From contig OZ252212.1 of the NCBI GenBank assembly GCA_965248955.1, forward strand, positions 959,042 to 1,023,041: DNA of 64,000 nt, given 5' to 3'. A program made the position numbers and the translations under genes. The notes under the pieces are model-generated. The model worked only from the letters and a program-made list of their open reading frames with translations, did no database searches and was not told the origin of the DNA. Positions 9,400 through 18,959 of this stretch are shown piece by piece. Each line of letters starts with the position of its first letter. The stretch's first letter is position 1. The stretch is from Dehalococcoidia bacterium (GTDB taxonomy: Bacteria; Chloroflexota; Dehalococcoidia; Lucifugimonadales; QGNO01).

Positions 9400-10314
9400 A
9401 TGAGCAACTTTGAGAAATTGCAGGACCGCCTGGCAGCGGGGGAGACGATCTTGATGGACGGGGGTATGGGCTCGGAGTTCGAGAGGCGGGGGCTGGCAAG
9501 CCCCACCACGTGGTCGGGCGGTCCGATGCTCACCTATCCCGAGTTGGTGAGGGATATTCATCAGGAATACATAGAAGCGGGCGCCGAGATTATCATCACA
9601 AACACCTTTGGCACAGGGCGTGACATGCTGGAAGAGGGCGGCCTCGAGCACAAGGTAGCCGAGGCCAACAAGCTGGGAATCGAAGCGGCGGTACAGGCAA
9701 GGAGAAACGCCGGGACAGAGGACTCGGTGGTCATTGCGGCCTCCGTATCTACGATGGCTCCCAAGGAACACGCGGAAGTTCCGGTGCCCTATGAGAGAGC
9801 TCTAGAGACCTACCGGGAGCAGCTGGGAGAGCTGGCCAAAGGCGGCCCAGACGTGGCGGTGGGCGAGATGTTGGTCCGGATATCAGACGCGCTTGCGGTG
9901 ATAGAAGCGGCAGCGGAGTTGGGTCTCCCGGTGTGGGTCGGGCTCTCCCTGATCCGGGATGGAGACGGGCTTTACCTGGGCATCCAAGACAGGCATGGAA
10001 GCGAGACCCTTCAAGACGCCATGGACGCCATCAAGGACAAGGACATCGCATCGGTATTCATAATGCACACGCCGGTGGACGACACGGGGCCCGGGCTGGA
10101 GATAGTCAAGAAGAATTGGGCGGGAACCTTCGGCGCCTACGCCCATTTCCCCGGCCACGGCGGCCCAACCCCCAAGGCAAATGCCCTGGACCCACAGCAG
10201 TACCTGGAATACGCCAAGGGGTGGAGTGAGCAGGGGGCGCGAATAATTGGAGGGTGCTGCGGCACGAGACCCGACCACATCCGGGCACTCAGGGAGTGGT
10301 TGTCCGGCTCTTAG
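9400..10314 (+). CDS. mmuM: Homocysteine S-methyltransferase
   Basis: 304-aa ORF with LMDGGMGSE near the N-terminus and the zinc-binding GGCCGT near the C-terminus. Confidence 0.85.
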   Translation: MSNFEKLQDRLAAGETILMDGGMGSEFERRGLASPTTWSGGPMLTYPELVRDIHQEYIEAGAEIIITNTFGTGRDMLEEGGLEHKVAEANKLGIEAAVQARRNAGTEDSVVIAASVSTMAPKEHAEVPVPYERALETYREQLGELAKGGPDVAVGEMLVRISDALAVIEAAAELGLPVWVGLSLIRDGDGLYLGIQDRHGSETLQDAMDAIKDKDIASVFIMHTPVDDTGPGLEIVKKNWAGTFGAYAHFPGHGGPTPKANALDPQQYLEYAKGWSEQGARIIGGCCGTRPDHIRALREWLSGS

Positions 10315-10345
10315 CCCGGAGTCCGCCAACCTTCCGTATAACATC

Positions 10346-10492
10346 ATGGCCATCCCTCACTCCCTGCAATGGGAGATCGGTCGGGTCCCTCGCAACCGTA
10401 AGATTACTCACGGGCCGGGCCTCAGTGGGTTTGCCGTCGACGGCATCGAACCCGGGGCCGCGGTCTTCCCAAACACCATCGAGGAAGTGAGC
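10346..10492 (+). pseudogene. N-terminal fragment of an FAD-linked oxidase (GlcD-like) gene
   Basis: ITHGPGLSGFAVDGIEPGAAVFPNTIEEV resembles the ...y..D......P.aVv.P.s.eEV start of this family. Similarity ends at about 10492. Confidence 0.35.
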
Positions 10493-10704
10493 CTGCGATT
10501 ATCCCACCCGGGCTTCCCAAGCTCGGGCCTGACCTCAAATGGGACCGGCGCAATGCCCTCAACGGGTATTGGTTCACGTGGATTCCTGCTGCGACCTGGC
10601 CACTCCTCGTTGCTACAATGGCATTGCAAGCTATAAAGTGGTTCTGTCTACCGTCAAAATAGGCCCACCCAACTGGACAAAATCAAGAACCTTCATCCGT
10701 CAGG

Positions 10705-10835
10705 CACAATCGACACAAAAAACTGCGGTACTCGTGGGCGGTCGATTTGGATGCAATCAGGTAATGTTAGGGGATCGACGAATGGTTGTGACACCTCGGC
10801 CCTAATCACCCGTTCGAGCCTTCTCCAGTGGGTTG
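10705..10835 (+). repeat. Dispersed repeat family, copy 2 (long form, inverted relative to copy 1)
   Basis: cacaatcgacacaaaaaactgcggtactcgtgggcggtcgatttggatgc-loop-ggatcgac...cccgttcgagccttctccagtgg. It has the same architecture as copy 1, with a different hairpin loop. Confidence 0.85.
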
Positions 10836-10916
10836 GCCTGGGACGGCCTTCTCCGAGCAGGTGAGCCCCTGCTCAGAGAAGAGATCGAAAGCTGATCAGA
10901 GCGTCCTCATCCCCCA

Positions 10917-11161
10917 TCAGTGAGTAACCGTCATCGCGCCTCCAAGGGTCTCGCCACGATGCTCCGGACGATAGTACGAATAGACCTGGGAGACGACCTC
11001 TTTGGCCCGGACCGGGTACTTGGCCCGCGCCTGGAACCCGAATGAGACCGTCTCGCCCGGCATCATGTCCTCGATGTAGAGGATCACCTTCCGACCCGCG
11101 ATTTCGAATCGCTTGAGGCTCGCGGCCGTCATCGACAGAGCGCGCACTATCGCCCCAGACG
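10917..11161 (-). pseudogene. C-terminal fragment of a bacterial alpha-2-macroglobulin-family gene
   Basis: LKRFEIAGRKVILYIEDMMPGETVSFGFQARAKYPVRAKEVVSQVYSYYRPEHRGE matches the receptor-binding-type C-terminal domain. No upstream domains are present. Confidence 0.55.
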
Positions 11162-11585
11162 CCCGCAGCTTCGCAGTTCGAGTGACAAGGGTTCGGTGAC
11201 GGCACGGCTGGCAATTGCAATGTCGTATGCCAGACGAATCCCGCCAAGCCGGAAAGACCGATATGTGTGCTCCGGTCAGCAGGAAGGTTGTCAGGTAAGT
11301 CCGGTCACGATCTGTCCCGACACCACCCTCGCACACCTGTGAGGGAACGTTTTCTTGGCTCGAAACGTATTATCAAGTATGGGCTCGTTCGAAGGTGTCA
11401 AGAAGTCGCCGCAGTGGGTGCAGAGGAACATCGCGATGGGCTTCGTTGCTATCGGGGAACTTTTCCCTGTTCCGGTGCGTCTTACTCGTTGCAGGCTCAC
11501 ATTTTGGGCGGGACAATAAATGACGCACCAGGACGAGGCCATCCAGAGGCATTGCGATTCCAGATAGAGGAAGACGGTTTACACG

Positions 11586-12563
11586 ATGAGGCTTCACAGC
11601 AGAGCTTTAGGATTGAGAGGGCGCTTGGGGGTTCTAAAGCTTGGCATCGCTGGAGGACTACTGGTCCTCTTGATGGTAGTCACAGTCGGGTGCGACGACT
11701 CCCAGCCTGAGACGGCGAATCAACCCACCATTTCGTCACCTGGATCAACAGGTGATCCTGTGGGCAAGCCACCCCTCCCTGACCTCGACAAGCTCGTCAT
11801 GTCCTCCGACATCTCCATCATCGGCCGGGTCAAGGTCGTATCCGAACTCCAGACAGTCTCCCGTCGCGACCGTCCCGTGGACCGGGTGACCTACTACGAT
11901 GCCACCGTAGGGGTTGACCACATGCTGTTCGGTCGAGGACCCAACGAAGTCGATATCCGGGTTCCCGTCCGATATCTGACGGACGACGATCGGCATACTC
12001 CGGTACAGGCCCCGTCGCTGGAGGTGGGTGAGACGGTCCTGCTGTTCCTGACCCAGGACGATTCCTCTTTCGACCTAAGGGGCAACAGCTTCGTGATCGC
12101 CGGGGGCGGCGAAGCATGGGGGAAGCTCTTCGTTAGGGACGGACGCGTGACGACGCTGGATCCAGCAGTGGAGTCGAAGCCACTGGATGAGGTGACAGAG
12201 TGGGTCGACGCGTCCCGCCTCTCACTGGCCAAGCCCGGCCTACTGGCCGGAGAGACGTCCGGCCTCGATGGTGGAGACCGCGCAACCGTCCGTCTGCTCT
12301 ACCTTGGCAGCAGCCTCCGGGAGGAGGACGGCGTCCCGGTGGACGAGTGGACGGTGGGAAACGGACCATGGGAGCGACGTGGTCTGCGACTCTCGGAAGG
12401 GACCTACCACCTGGTCGCCGAGGCCGAGGGCTACCTTCCTGCCGGCAGTCTGATGTTCCAGGTGCCCGCCGAGGGGATGGACTGGAGAGAGAGGAACCTG
12501 GGTATTGGCCTCTTCCGACCCAGAGATGCGGACGACAAGCCCCGCGCCACCGGTATAGGCTGA
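11586..12563 (+). CDS. Hypothetical lipoprotein
   Basis: 325-aa ORF with a signal peptide and lipobox VTVGC. I recognised no domain. Confidence 0.55.
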   Translation: MRLHSRALGLRGRLGVLKLGIAGGLLVLLMVVTVGCDDSQPETANQPTISSPGSTGDPVGKPPLPDLDKLVMSSDISIIGRVKVVSELQTVSRRDRPVDRVTYYDATVGVDHMLFGRGPNEVDIRVPVRYLTDDDRHTPVQAPSLEVGETVLLFLTQDDSSFDLRGNSFVIAGGGEAWGKLFVRDGRVTTLDPAVESKPLDEVTEWVDASRLSLAKPGLLAGETSGLDGGDRATVRLLYLGSSLREEDGVPVDEWTVGNGPWERRGLRLSEGTYHLVAEAEGYLPAGSLMFQVPAEGMDWRERNLGIGLFRPRDADDKPRATGIG

Positions 12564-12668
12564 CGTCCTGAGCGGAGCGTCCGGGGACGGATCGTCGGCA
12601 TACCGGATGGGGTTGATGCCCGAGTCCGGATCCAACGCCTGCCGCCGGCGCCAAACGAGGTTTATGCC

Positions 12669-13844
12669 ATGGGTCCAACTCTGCCGAAGGATACTCAGTT
12701 CTATTTCCCTCCCGAGCTCACCTGCCTGGAGGGGATAGGCCATCTGGAGCCTGAAGAAACGGTGGCAGCGGTGGAGGTACATAACGGACGGTGGGGGTTG
12801 TCCGGCCACTCTCTGCAGGGTAACCGTTACCTCATCACCATTGAGGCGCCCGGTCTCCGTCTCGAGCCTGCGGGCTACGTGGCCGTGGTCTTCTCGAGCA
12901 AGACCCGCCATCGAGTGCGGGGCGTCGACTTCTATATTGGCGACGCGGAGGCGCCAGACTGCGATACTAGCCCAGGGGTTGTGGAACCTGCCGCCCGCGA
13001 GGCGCTGAGGAACATGGCCAAGGACCCCATGGCCCGTATTGCGGAGCAAGTCCCCGGATTTGGCGGGGCCTTTCGGGATTCGGACCAGAAGGTCGTGTAC
13101 ATCTACCTTCAGGATGCCTCCCTGAAAGAGGAGGCGGAGCGCGCTCTAGAGGAGGAGTTTGGCTCCGATTTCCTCGCGGGCCGCGAGGTCCAGGTCCTGA
13201 AGGGCGACTACAGCATGGACCACCTGAATGCTTGGTATAGGGCTCTGAGTGGTGCCATATCTCAGGTCCCAGGCATCGTGTACACCGACCTGGACGAGGG
13301 GAAGAACCGCATCGAGATCGTCATGTACCCACGGCGCGGGGGGCGCGAGGAGATGGAGGCTGCCATAGCGACGGTGGACGTCCCAAGGGGAGCCATCCTC
13401 ATCGAGGTCGGATGTGAGGGCAAATGGCCCCGTGACCTTGGGGAGCCTCCGGAGGAGGCGTTCCTCCAGGCCATCGAATACTCGCTGGAGGTGGTGTCCC
13501 AGGCCCCTTACGGAGAGACGGTGGAGATGAAGCTAACCTTGCGGAACGTCAGTGATGGGCCGGTGAGCTTTTATCTCGGGGGGTCGCCCGCCTATGACTT
13601 CGTGGTCTCGACGGCTGACGAAGAGTTGGTATGGCACTGGAAGTGCGCCAAGTTGACCCTCTTGATGCTGGGTATCAAGACCCTGGAACCTGGTGAAGAG
13701 TTGGGATTCGTTGGTGAGTGGGAACAGATAGACAACCGGGGGGAGCCCGTTCCCCCTGGCACATACCTGTTGCGTGCTGTGTTGAATTTGGAATCGCCGG
13801 AGAAGCTCGTAACCGAGGTCCAGAAGGTGGAGGTGGTCCAGTGA
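12669..13844 (+). CDS. Hypothetical protein with C-terminal BsuPI-like (protease-inhibitor fold) domain
   Basis: The C-terminal ~100 aa (LTLRNVSDGPVSFYLGGSPAYDFVV...LEPGEE...PPGTYLL) fit the BsuPI pattern. The N-terminal start is uncertain. Confidence 0.55.
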   Translation: MGPTLPKDTQFYFPPELTCLEGIGHLEPEETVAAVEVHNGRWGLSGHSLQGNRYLITIEAPGLRLEPAGYVAVVFSSKTRHRVRGVDFYIGDAEAPDCDTSPGVVEPAAREALRNMAKDPMARIAEQVPGFGGAFRDSDQKVVYIYLQDASLKEEAERALEEEFGSDFLAGREVQVLKGDYSMDHLNAWYRALSGAISQVPGIVYTDLDEGKNRIEIVMYPRRGGREEMEAAIATVDVPRGAILIEVGCEGKWPRDLGEPPEEAFLQAIEYSLEVVSQAPYGETVEMKLTLRNVSDGPVSFYLGGSPAYDFVVSTADEELVWHWKCAKLTLLMLGIKTLEPGEELGFVGEWEQIDNRGEPVPPGTYLLRAVLNLESPEKLVTEVQKVEVVQ

Positions 13845-14029
13845 GATGCATCGTCCTCATTGGGCCGCTGGCCATTCTCCTGTTCCTCGTGGCTGCCTGC
13901 TCCAATGGGACGCCATCGGCTCCTGATGCACCGCCGCCTTCGGAAGAGGCCACGCCAACGGTCGCGCCGACCTCGACGGTCATCTCAGGTCCACCAGACT
14001 GGATTCGAACCGTGGCTTCGACTGGTTAG
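13841..14029 (+). pseudogene. Truncated lipoprotein gene (signal peptide plus ~40 aa only)
   Basis: The GTG start overlaps the upstream stop (GTGA). Signal peptide with lipobox LFLVAAC is followed by a short TP-rich stretch. The frame then runs straight into repeat copy 3 (ccaccagactggattcgaacc) and terminates. Confidence 0.4.
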
Positions 14030-14181
14030 GCGCGCCTGCCTTACCGCGGCCGGAGGCTGGCTCCCGTGGACTCTTAGTCAATGGTGCCGTCCGCCGGGGG
14101 GGTGCTTCCTACTACGTACTGGCGTCAGTCCCACCAACTATGAGTAGCGCAGTTTTACGTGTCTTTTGTGTATTGTGAATG
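13988..14181 (-). repeat. Dispersed repeat family, copy 3 (long, diverged, ~190 nt)
   Basis: Outer box ccaccagactggattcgaacc and inner core cccaccaactatgagtagcgcagttttacgtgtcttttgtgtattgtgaatg. The right flank matches copy 11. Confidence 0.7.
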
Positions 14182-14200
14182 TTTTAAATGTGGTGCTGGC

Positions 14201-14228
14201 TTTACTGCAGAGTTTTCGTTGCGATTAC
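14201..14228 (-). repeat. Dispersed repeat family, copy 3b (core-only fragment)
   Basis: tttactgcagagttttcgttgcgatta matches the copy 1 core and flank ccgcagtttttcgttgcgatca. Confidence 0.5.
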
Positions 14229-14239
14229 TTCTTCGCTAT

Positions 14240-14352
14240 GCAGACTCCCCCTTACATCACAAACCGACTGGCTGGGAGATTCAGCTTCATTTCTACCCGA
14301 AATCTTCAGATCGACCGTCCAAGAGTAGCTCAGTTTATTGTGTCGATTGAGA
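14240..14352 (-). repeat. Dispersed repeat family, copy 4
   Basis: aaccgactggct...atcttcagatcgaccgtccaagagtagctcagtttattgtgtcgattgagaaatgggg. The right flank gtcgattgagaaatggggatggtgtat is shared with copies 7 and 10, next to a recombinase 3' remnant. Confidence 0.7.
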
Positions 14353-14629
14353 AATGGGGATGGTGTATCTTGGCCTCTTCATCCACTGGTGAAAGTAGGC
14401 TTTTTCAGCCACCTGCTGATGGCCGTGTGATTGGCCAGCCTCTTATTCACATCATACGTGCTTGGCCCCGATTCTGGCGAGTGAGATAGGAACGCCAAAC
14501 CGATAGGGAAGGGACCGACGTGTCGGCGACTCGATGGTCCCCTATGAGGGGGTGCTTCTATAGTCTGCAATACGGTACGTGTAGGCACAAACCCCCGCCA
14601 GTATCTTGCACTCTCATCCTGCAGATAAG

Positions 14630-16633
14630 ATGATAGTTCCGGCAGAACGTATGATATTTGCATCCGACATCAGCAAAGGCTACTCAACCAGGACACTGTT
14701 CAGTGGGCTCACATTGAGCTTATCCACTGGGGACCGTATTGCGCTGGTAGGCCCAAACGGCTCCGGGAAGACCACCCTCCTGGACGTTCTGGCAGGCGAT
14801 ATCGCCCCCGACACAGGGAAGGTATCCAAACAGCGAAACGTAACTATTGGCTATCTTAAGCAGGAACCCGGTCTTTTTGCCGGTAAGTCTCTGCTCCAGG
14901 AAGTATTGGACGCCGCCTCCGAAGTGAATGCACTGGTGGACGAGATTATCGCTGCACAGGAGGCTCTGTCAGCGGAATCCGACCCTGCCCAACAGGGCCA
15001 TCTGATGGGTCGACTCAGCAGGCTTGACATGGCGTTGGAGGCCGCTGGCGGAGCGGATCGCGAGCACGAGGCCAAGGCGATCCTCTCAGGCCTCGGTTTC
15101 AAGCAGAGGGACTTTCTCCGGCCCATGAGCGAGTTCAGCGGTGGCTGGGTCATGCGGGCAAGCCTTGCCAGGATTCTGTTCAGGAAGCCCAACCTGTTGC
15201 TCCTTGACGAGCCAACTAACCACCTTGACCTTGATGCAAACCTGTGGTTTGAGAAGTACCTGGCCTCCTTTCAGGGCGGTGTGCTAGTCACATCTCACGA
15301 CCGCACTTTTCTGAACCAGACCGCAACCAGGGTTCTTGCCATTGAACCGGACGAGGTGGTGCTTCACAGGGGCAACTATGACGATTACCTGGTTGCACGC
15401 GAGCGCGCACTTCAGGTCAAGCAGGCTGCCTCCGCCAGGCAGGAGCGCGAGATCCAAAAGCAAATGCAATTCATAGATCGTTTTCGCTCTAAGGCTAGAA
15501 AAGCCAGCCAGGTGCAAAGCCGTTTGAAGCAACTTAAGAAGATGGAGATCATCAGGTTGCCAAGGGCCACCAAGAAGGTTCGCTACTCGTTCCCGAAACC
15601 CCCGCGCAGCGGTTCCGATGTCATATCGCTGATCAACGTAAGCAAGTCCTACGGAGATAACGTGGTGTACCGTGGAATGAATCTCACGCTTTCACGCGGA
15701 GACCGTGTTGCGTTGGTAGGGCCGAACGGCGCCGGCAAGTCCACGCTACTGAAGATACTCGCAGGCGTCATTCCAATTGATAAGGGCGAAAGAAAGACCG
15801 GTCACAACGTGATCACGACCTATTACGCGCAGCACGTGCTTGAACTCCTCAACCCGAACAATACAATCATTGAGGAGTTGCAACAGTCGGCGCCAATGGA
15901 ATCGGAGCAGAATCTGCGCACTACTCTCGGTGGCTTCCTGTTCAGCGACGATGATGTAAATAAGCCTATTGCCGTGCTGTCCGGCGGTGAAAAGGCCCGG
16001 GTGGCCTTGGCCAAACTGCTACTCCAGCCTAGCAACCTGCTCCTCATGGATGAACCTACCAACCACCTTGATATCGCTTCCAGGGAGATCCTCTCGGACG
16101 CCCTCGGCGATTATCAGGGGACTATATGTTTCATAACCCACGATCGGACTTTAATAAGCCAGGTTGCAAACAAGATTGTAGAGATAGATGGCGGTCGACC
16201 GACTGTTTTCCCTGGGAGCTACGACAGTTATCTCTACCAAAAGCAAACTGAGACCAATAAGAGAGACACCAATTCAACGGCCAACGGCGGCCCCGCCGAC
16301 GTTTTGGAACAAGCTCCGGCTACGAGCCGTAACGGCAATTCAGTCAGCCCCAAGGAACAGCAGCGCCGGTCGCTTAGCAAAGAGGCCCGCAAACTCGCGG
16401 TCCGGATAGAGAATATATACGTTTCCCTCACTGACTATGAGAACCGGATAGCAAAGTTGGAGACCATGTTCTCCAACCCAGGCCAGTTTAATGAGCCGGC
16501 TCAGATTGCTGCCTCAGGAGAGCAATATCGTGTGCTCAAAGAGGAGGCGGAATCGCTCTGGGAAGAGTGGGAGAGATTGTCGTTGGAAGCAGAAACCATC
16601 GGCGTCAAGCTGACAGAATTGAAAGCCGGCTAG
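14630..16633 (+). CDS. ABC-F family ATPase (two ABC domains, no transmembrane domain)
   Basis: Two Walker A sites ([18 protein letters not shown]), two signature motifs (FSGGW, LSGGEK) and a C-terminal coiled coil. The start is ambiguous between ATG 14630 and ATG 14651; the ORF track uses TTG 14606. Confidence 0.9.
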   Translation: MIVPAERMIFASDISKGYSTRTLFSGLTLSLSTGDRIALVGPNGSGKTTLLDVLAGDIAPDTGKVSKQRNVTIGYLKQEPGLFAGKSLLQEVLDAASEVNALVDEIIAAQEALSAESDPAQQGHLMGRLSRLDMALEAAGGADREHEAKAILSGLGFKQRDFLRPMSEFSGGWVMRASLARILFRKPNLLLLDEPTNHLDLDANLWFEKYLASFQGGVLVTSHDRTFLNQTATRVLAIEPDEVVLHRGNYDDYLVARERALQVKQAASARQEREIQKQMQFIDRFRSKARKASQVQSRLKQLKKMEIIRLPRATKKVRYSFPKPPRSGSDVISLINVSKSYGDNVVYRGMNLTLSRGDRVALVGPNGAGKSTLLKILAGVIPIDKGERKTGHNVITTYYAQHVLELLNPNNTIIEELQQSAPMESEQNLRTTLGGFLFSDDDVNKPIAVLSGGEKARVALAKLLLQPSNLLLMDEPTNHLDIASREILSDALGDYQGTICFITHDRTLISQVANKIVEIDGGRPTVFPGSYDSYLYQKQTETNKRDTNSTANGGPADVLEQAPATSRNGNSVSPKEQQRRSLSKEARKLAVRIENIYVSLTDYENRIAKLETMFSNPGQFNEPAQIAASGEQYRVLKEEAESLWEEWERLSLEAETIGVKLTELKAG

Positions 16634-16654
16634 CCCCGTGCCGACGGTGTCGCT

Positions 16655-17027
16655 TAGCAGCCCTCAACAATCAAGTCAAGAGCGAGGCCAACATCGCCGC
16701 TGAACATGGCCTCTCGCCGGTCTTCTTTGCTATCTATGAGCTAATCGAAGGCCGCCTAGAGGAGGTGCCGCCATGTCCGTAAGTGAAGAGAGAGTGACCT
16801 ACAGAACCACGTTCGACGAGGATACCAAGTGCGTTGTGCGGCAGGTGGAGTCGGTGGTCGTCCGCCACAGCGGGGTCGTCGACTGGCAGTCCAATGAAGA
16901 AGTCAAGCGGCTGATGCGTCTAGACATCAAGCGCGAGCTCAGACAGACCGACGATTACACGGAAGACCAACTGAAGGAGCTAGCGAGTCGGGTCGTAGAG
17001 CTGGCGCAGCGGAGGAACGGGCGGTGA
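16655..17027 (+). pseudogene. C-terminal remnant of a type I restriction enzyme R subunit (HsdR), frameshifted
   Basis: AAEHGLSPVFFAIYELI in one frame is followed by VVDWQSNEEVKRLMRLDIKRELRQTDDYTEDQLKELASRVVELAQ in the next. This resembles the HsdR C-terminal domain. No helicase or nuclease part is present. Confidence 0.55.
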
Positions 17028-17752
17028 CCCTGGTGGACAGCGTCCGCTACGGCGACACGACTATCGACTACGAGGTGCGCCGCAGCGCACGGCGCAGGAA
17101 GACGGTGCAGATAACCGTGGACGGCGGGGCCGTGCGGGTTGCGGCGCCCATGGCAACGCCCGCCAGTGAGTTGCAGGCCATCGTGCGGAAGCGGGCTCCC
17201 TGGATACTGAGCCACGCTTCCCAATCGACGTTGGAGGCCGCACCTAAGCGTTTCGTGAGCGGCGAGACGTTGCCCTACCTGGGCCGCAACGTCCACATAC
17301 TCGTCGAAACCGCTAACGTGGGCCGCCCAATCGTCCGTTTCGACCACTGGCGCTTCAGGGTTGCTGTACCGGAGACCCTGAGTGGTGAGGACCGCTACCA
17401 ATCGATTCGCAGGGCCGTTGTCCGGTGGTATCGGGACCGCGCCGCAGAGCGGCTGGTGGAGACTGTGGAACGCTGGTGGCCTCGGTTAGGCCGTGGAGAG
17501 ATGTCACGTGTGCTCATTCGTGACCAGCACCAGAGCTGGGGGAGCTGCGCACCCGATGGCACTCTGCGTTTCAACTGGCGTGCCGTCATGCTGAAGCCGG
17601 CCCTCATTGAGTACGTGGTCATACACGAGTTGGCGCATCTGACTCACCGCAACCACTCGACGGACTTCTGGGACTTGGTGTCCAAGGCGATGCCGGACGC
17701 TAAGCAGCGACGCCTGTGCTTGCGGGAGGAAGGCCGTAGGCTTCCCTTGTAA
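17024..17752 (+). CDS. DUF45/YgjP-like zinc metallohydrolase (M48 superfamily)
   Basis: 242-aa ORF with IDYEVRRSARRRKTVQITV at the N-terminus and HELAHLTHRNHSTDFW (HExxH) near the C-terminus. The GTG start overlaps the stop of the HsdR remnant (GTGA). Confidence 0.85.
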   Translation: MTLVDSVRYGDTTIDYEVRRSARRRKTVQITVDGGAVRVAAPMATPASELQAIVRKRAPWILSHASQSTLEAAPKRFVSGETLPYLGRNVHILVETANVGRPIVRFDHWRFRVAVPETLSGEDRYQSIRRAVVRWYRDRAAERLVETVERWWPRLGRGEMSRVLIRDQHQSWGSCAPDGTLRFNWRAVMLKPALIEYVVIHELAHLTHRNHSTDFWDLVSKAMPDAKQRRLCLREEGRRLPL

Positions 17753-17782
17753 TCCCCTGGCCGTGTACGTTCTTACGCTCCC

Positions 17783-18415
17783 TCATTTGATCCGAGGTAA
17801 TGGGGCGGTGTACTGCCCGATGCACCGTTGACTTCCTTCCCTGCGGGCGTGCCTCATCCGCACCTCGTCGGGCGCGAGGATGAGGACGGCGCTGGGGCGG
17901 GGCACATCCTCCCTGAGCCTCCAGAGCCGCTTGGAGAAGCTCGTCCTGTCGGAGGTGAGTCCCTGCCTGACGACGGCGACGGTTCGCCCGTCGGCCAGGA
18001 CGATAGCGGCGTCCATAGGCATGGCCCGGTACCAGCGGAACCGGATGGGGTGGGCGATGTTGGAGATAGTGGCAGCGAGCCGGTAGATGACTGCGGCGGC
18101 ATCCAGCCGCTCCAGCAGGACGCGCTGCCACCGGGCCGAGACGGGATAAAGTCTTAGGAGCTCGTCCACGGTCATGCCCTCGTCCCCGGCCAGCCGGTGC
18201 AGCCCAGATGGGGTGAGATAGAAGCGGCGCGTTGGCGGCGTGACGTCCGTGGCGTGGGGGACGGAGGCGGCGAGGCCCTCGACCTCAAATTTCTCGACGC
18301 TCTCGTAGACCGAGCCCCGAGACCAGCCGGAGACGGCGACCAGCTCCAGCCGGTCGAGAAAGGGCATGGCTGCCAGATGTCCCAGTAGCTCTTCCTGGCA
18401 CTCGGTGAGGGTCAT
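17783..18415 (-). CDS. Hypothetical wHTH protein (replication-relaxation-like, mobile-element type)
   Basis: 210-aa ORF. The N-terminal LLGHLAAMPFLDRLELVAVSGWSRGSVYESVEKFEVEGL...RRFYLTPSGLHRLA resembles MarR-like replication-relaxation proteins. The family assignment is tentative. Confidence 0.45.
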   Translation of the reverse strand: MTLTECQEELLGHLAAMPFLDRLELVAVSGWSRGSVYESVEKFEVEGLAASVPHATDVTPPTRRFYLTPSGLHRLAGDEGMTVDELLRLYPVSARWQRVLLERLDAAAVIYRLAATISNIAHPIRFRWYRAMPMDAAIVLADGRTVAVVRQGLTSDRTSFSKRLWRLREDVPRPSAVLILAPDEVRMRHARREGSQRCIGQYTAPLPRIK

Positions 18416-18633
18416 GCGCCCTGCTCCTCTTCAGGAGCGTCTTGCTCCTTCTTCGTCTCGGTTGCGCCAGCCGCCTTGTCCCGCTTGGTTCGCTGATTGC
18501 GCCGCTTGGAGGGCTTGTCCCGTTTCTTGGGAGCCGCGCCATTGCTGGGCGGGGTCTTATTGCCCCTCTCCAGGGCCGCAATCGCCGCCCGGTACTGCTC
18601 CAACAGCCGCTCCGTGCCCCAGGCGGCGTCCAT
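18412..18633 (-). CDS. Small basic/acidic-tailed hypothetical protein
   Basis: The stop overlaps the next gene's start (ATGA). I placed the start at the internal Met (MDAAWG) because the longer ORF, which runs to 18747, overlaps a better-supported HTH on the other strand. Confidence 0.3.
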   Translation of the reverse strand: MDAAWGTERLLEQYRAAIAALERGNKTPPSNGAAPKKRDKPSKRRNQRTKRDKAAGATETKKEQDAPEEEQGA

Positions 18634-18787
18634 TCTCAATGTGAGTGAGGAGACCGTTCGCCGGAACATCAGGTCGAAGCGCCTGGTGGCTTTGCGACGG
18701 GGAACCCAATGGTTTGTCCAGCACGCAGTCCTTGTGCGCTTCGCCAAAAACTATGATCCCAAGACGGGCAATATAAAGGAGGAGTGA
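18614..18787 (+). CDS. Excisionase-family helix-turn-helix DNA-binding protein
   Basis: 57 aa from a GTG start. PQAASILNVSEETVRRNIRSKRLVALRRGTQWFV fits the MerR-like excisionase HTH pattern. Confidence 0.5.
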   Translation: MPQAASILNVSEETVRRNIRSKRLVALRRGTQWFVQHAVLVRFAKNYDPKTGNIKEE

Positions 18788-18959
18788 TAGGGACCTGGGT
18801 GACGATGTGCTTACGATTCTCTCTAGGACTCCGAGCCTCACAGTTTGTCGGGCTCGTCGAAATGAGGCCGCTCAAGCTCGATGCGGACTTGTGGAGGCTG
18901 CTGAAAGAGGTTCTGGAGCAGACGCTCCAGAACTGTGTTCGGCTTAGGTCCCTCGCGCC

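Noticed and set aside
12240-13049. 269-aa minus-strand ORF, and similar antisense ORFs at 35678-36262, 37394-38293 and 53015-53827
   Set aside because: Each lies antisense to a better-supported gene with recognisable motifs. These are GC-rich shadow frames.
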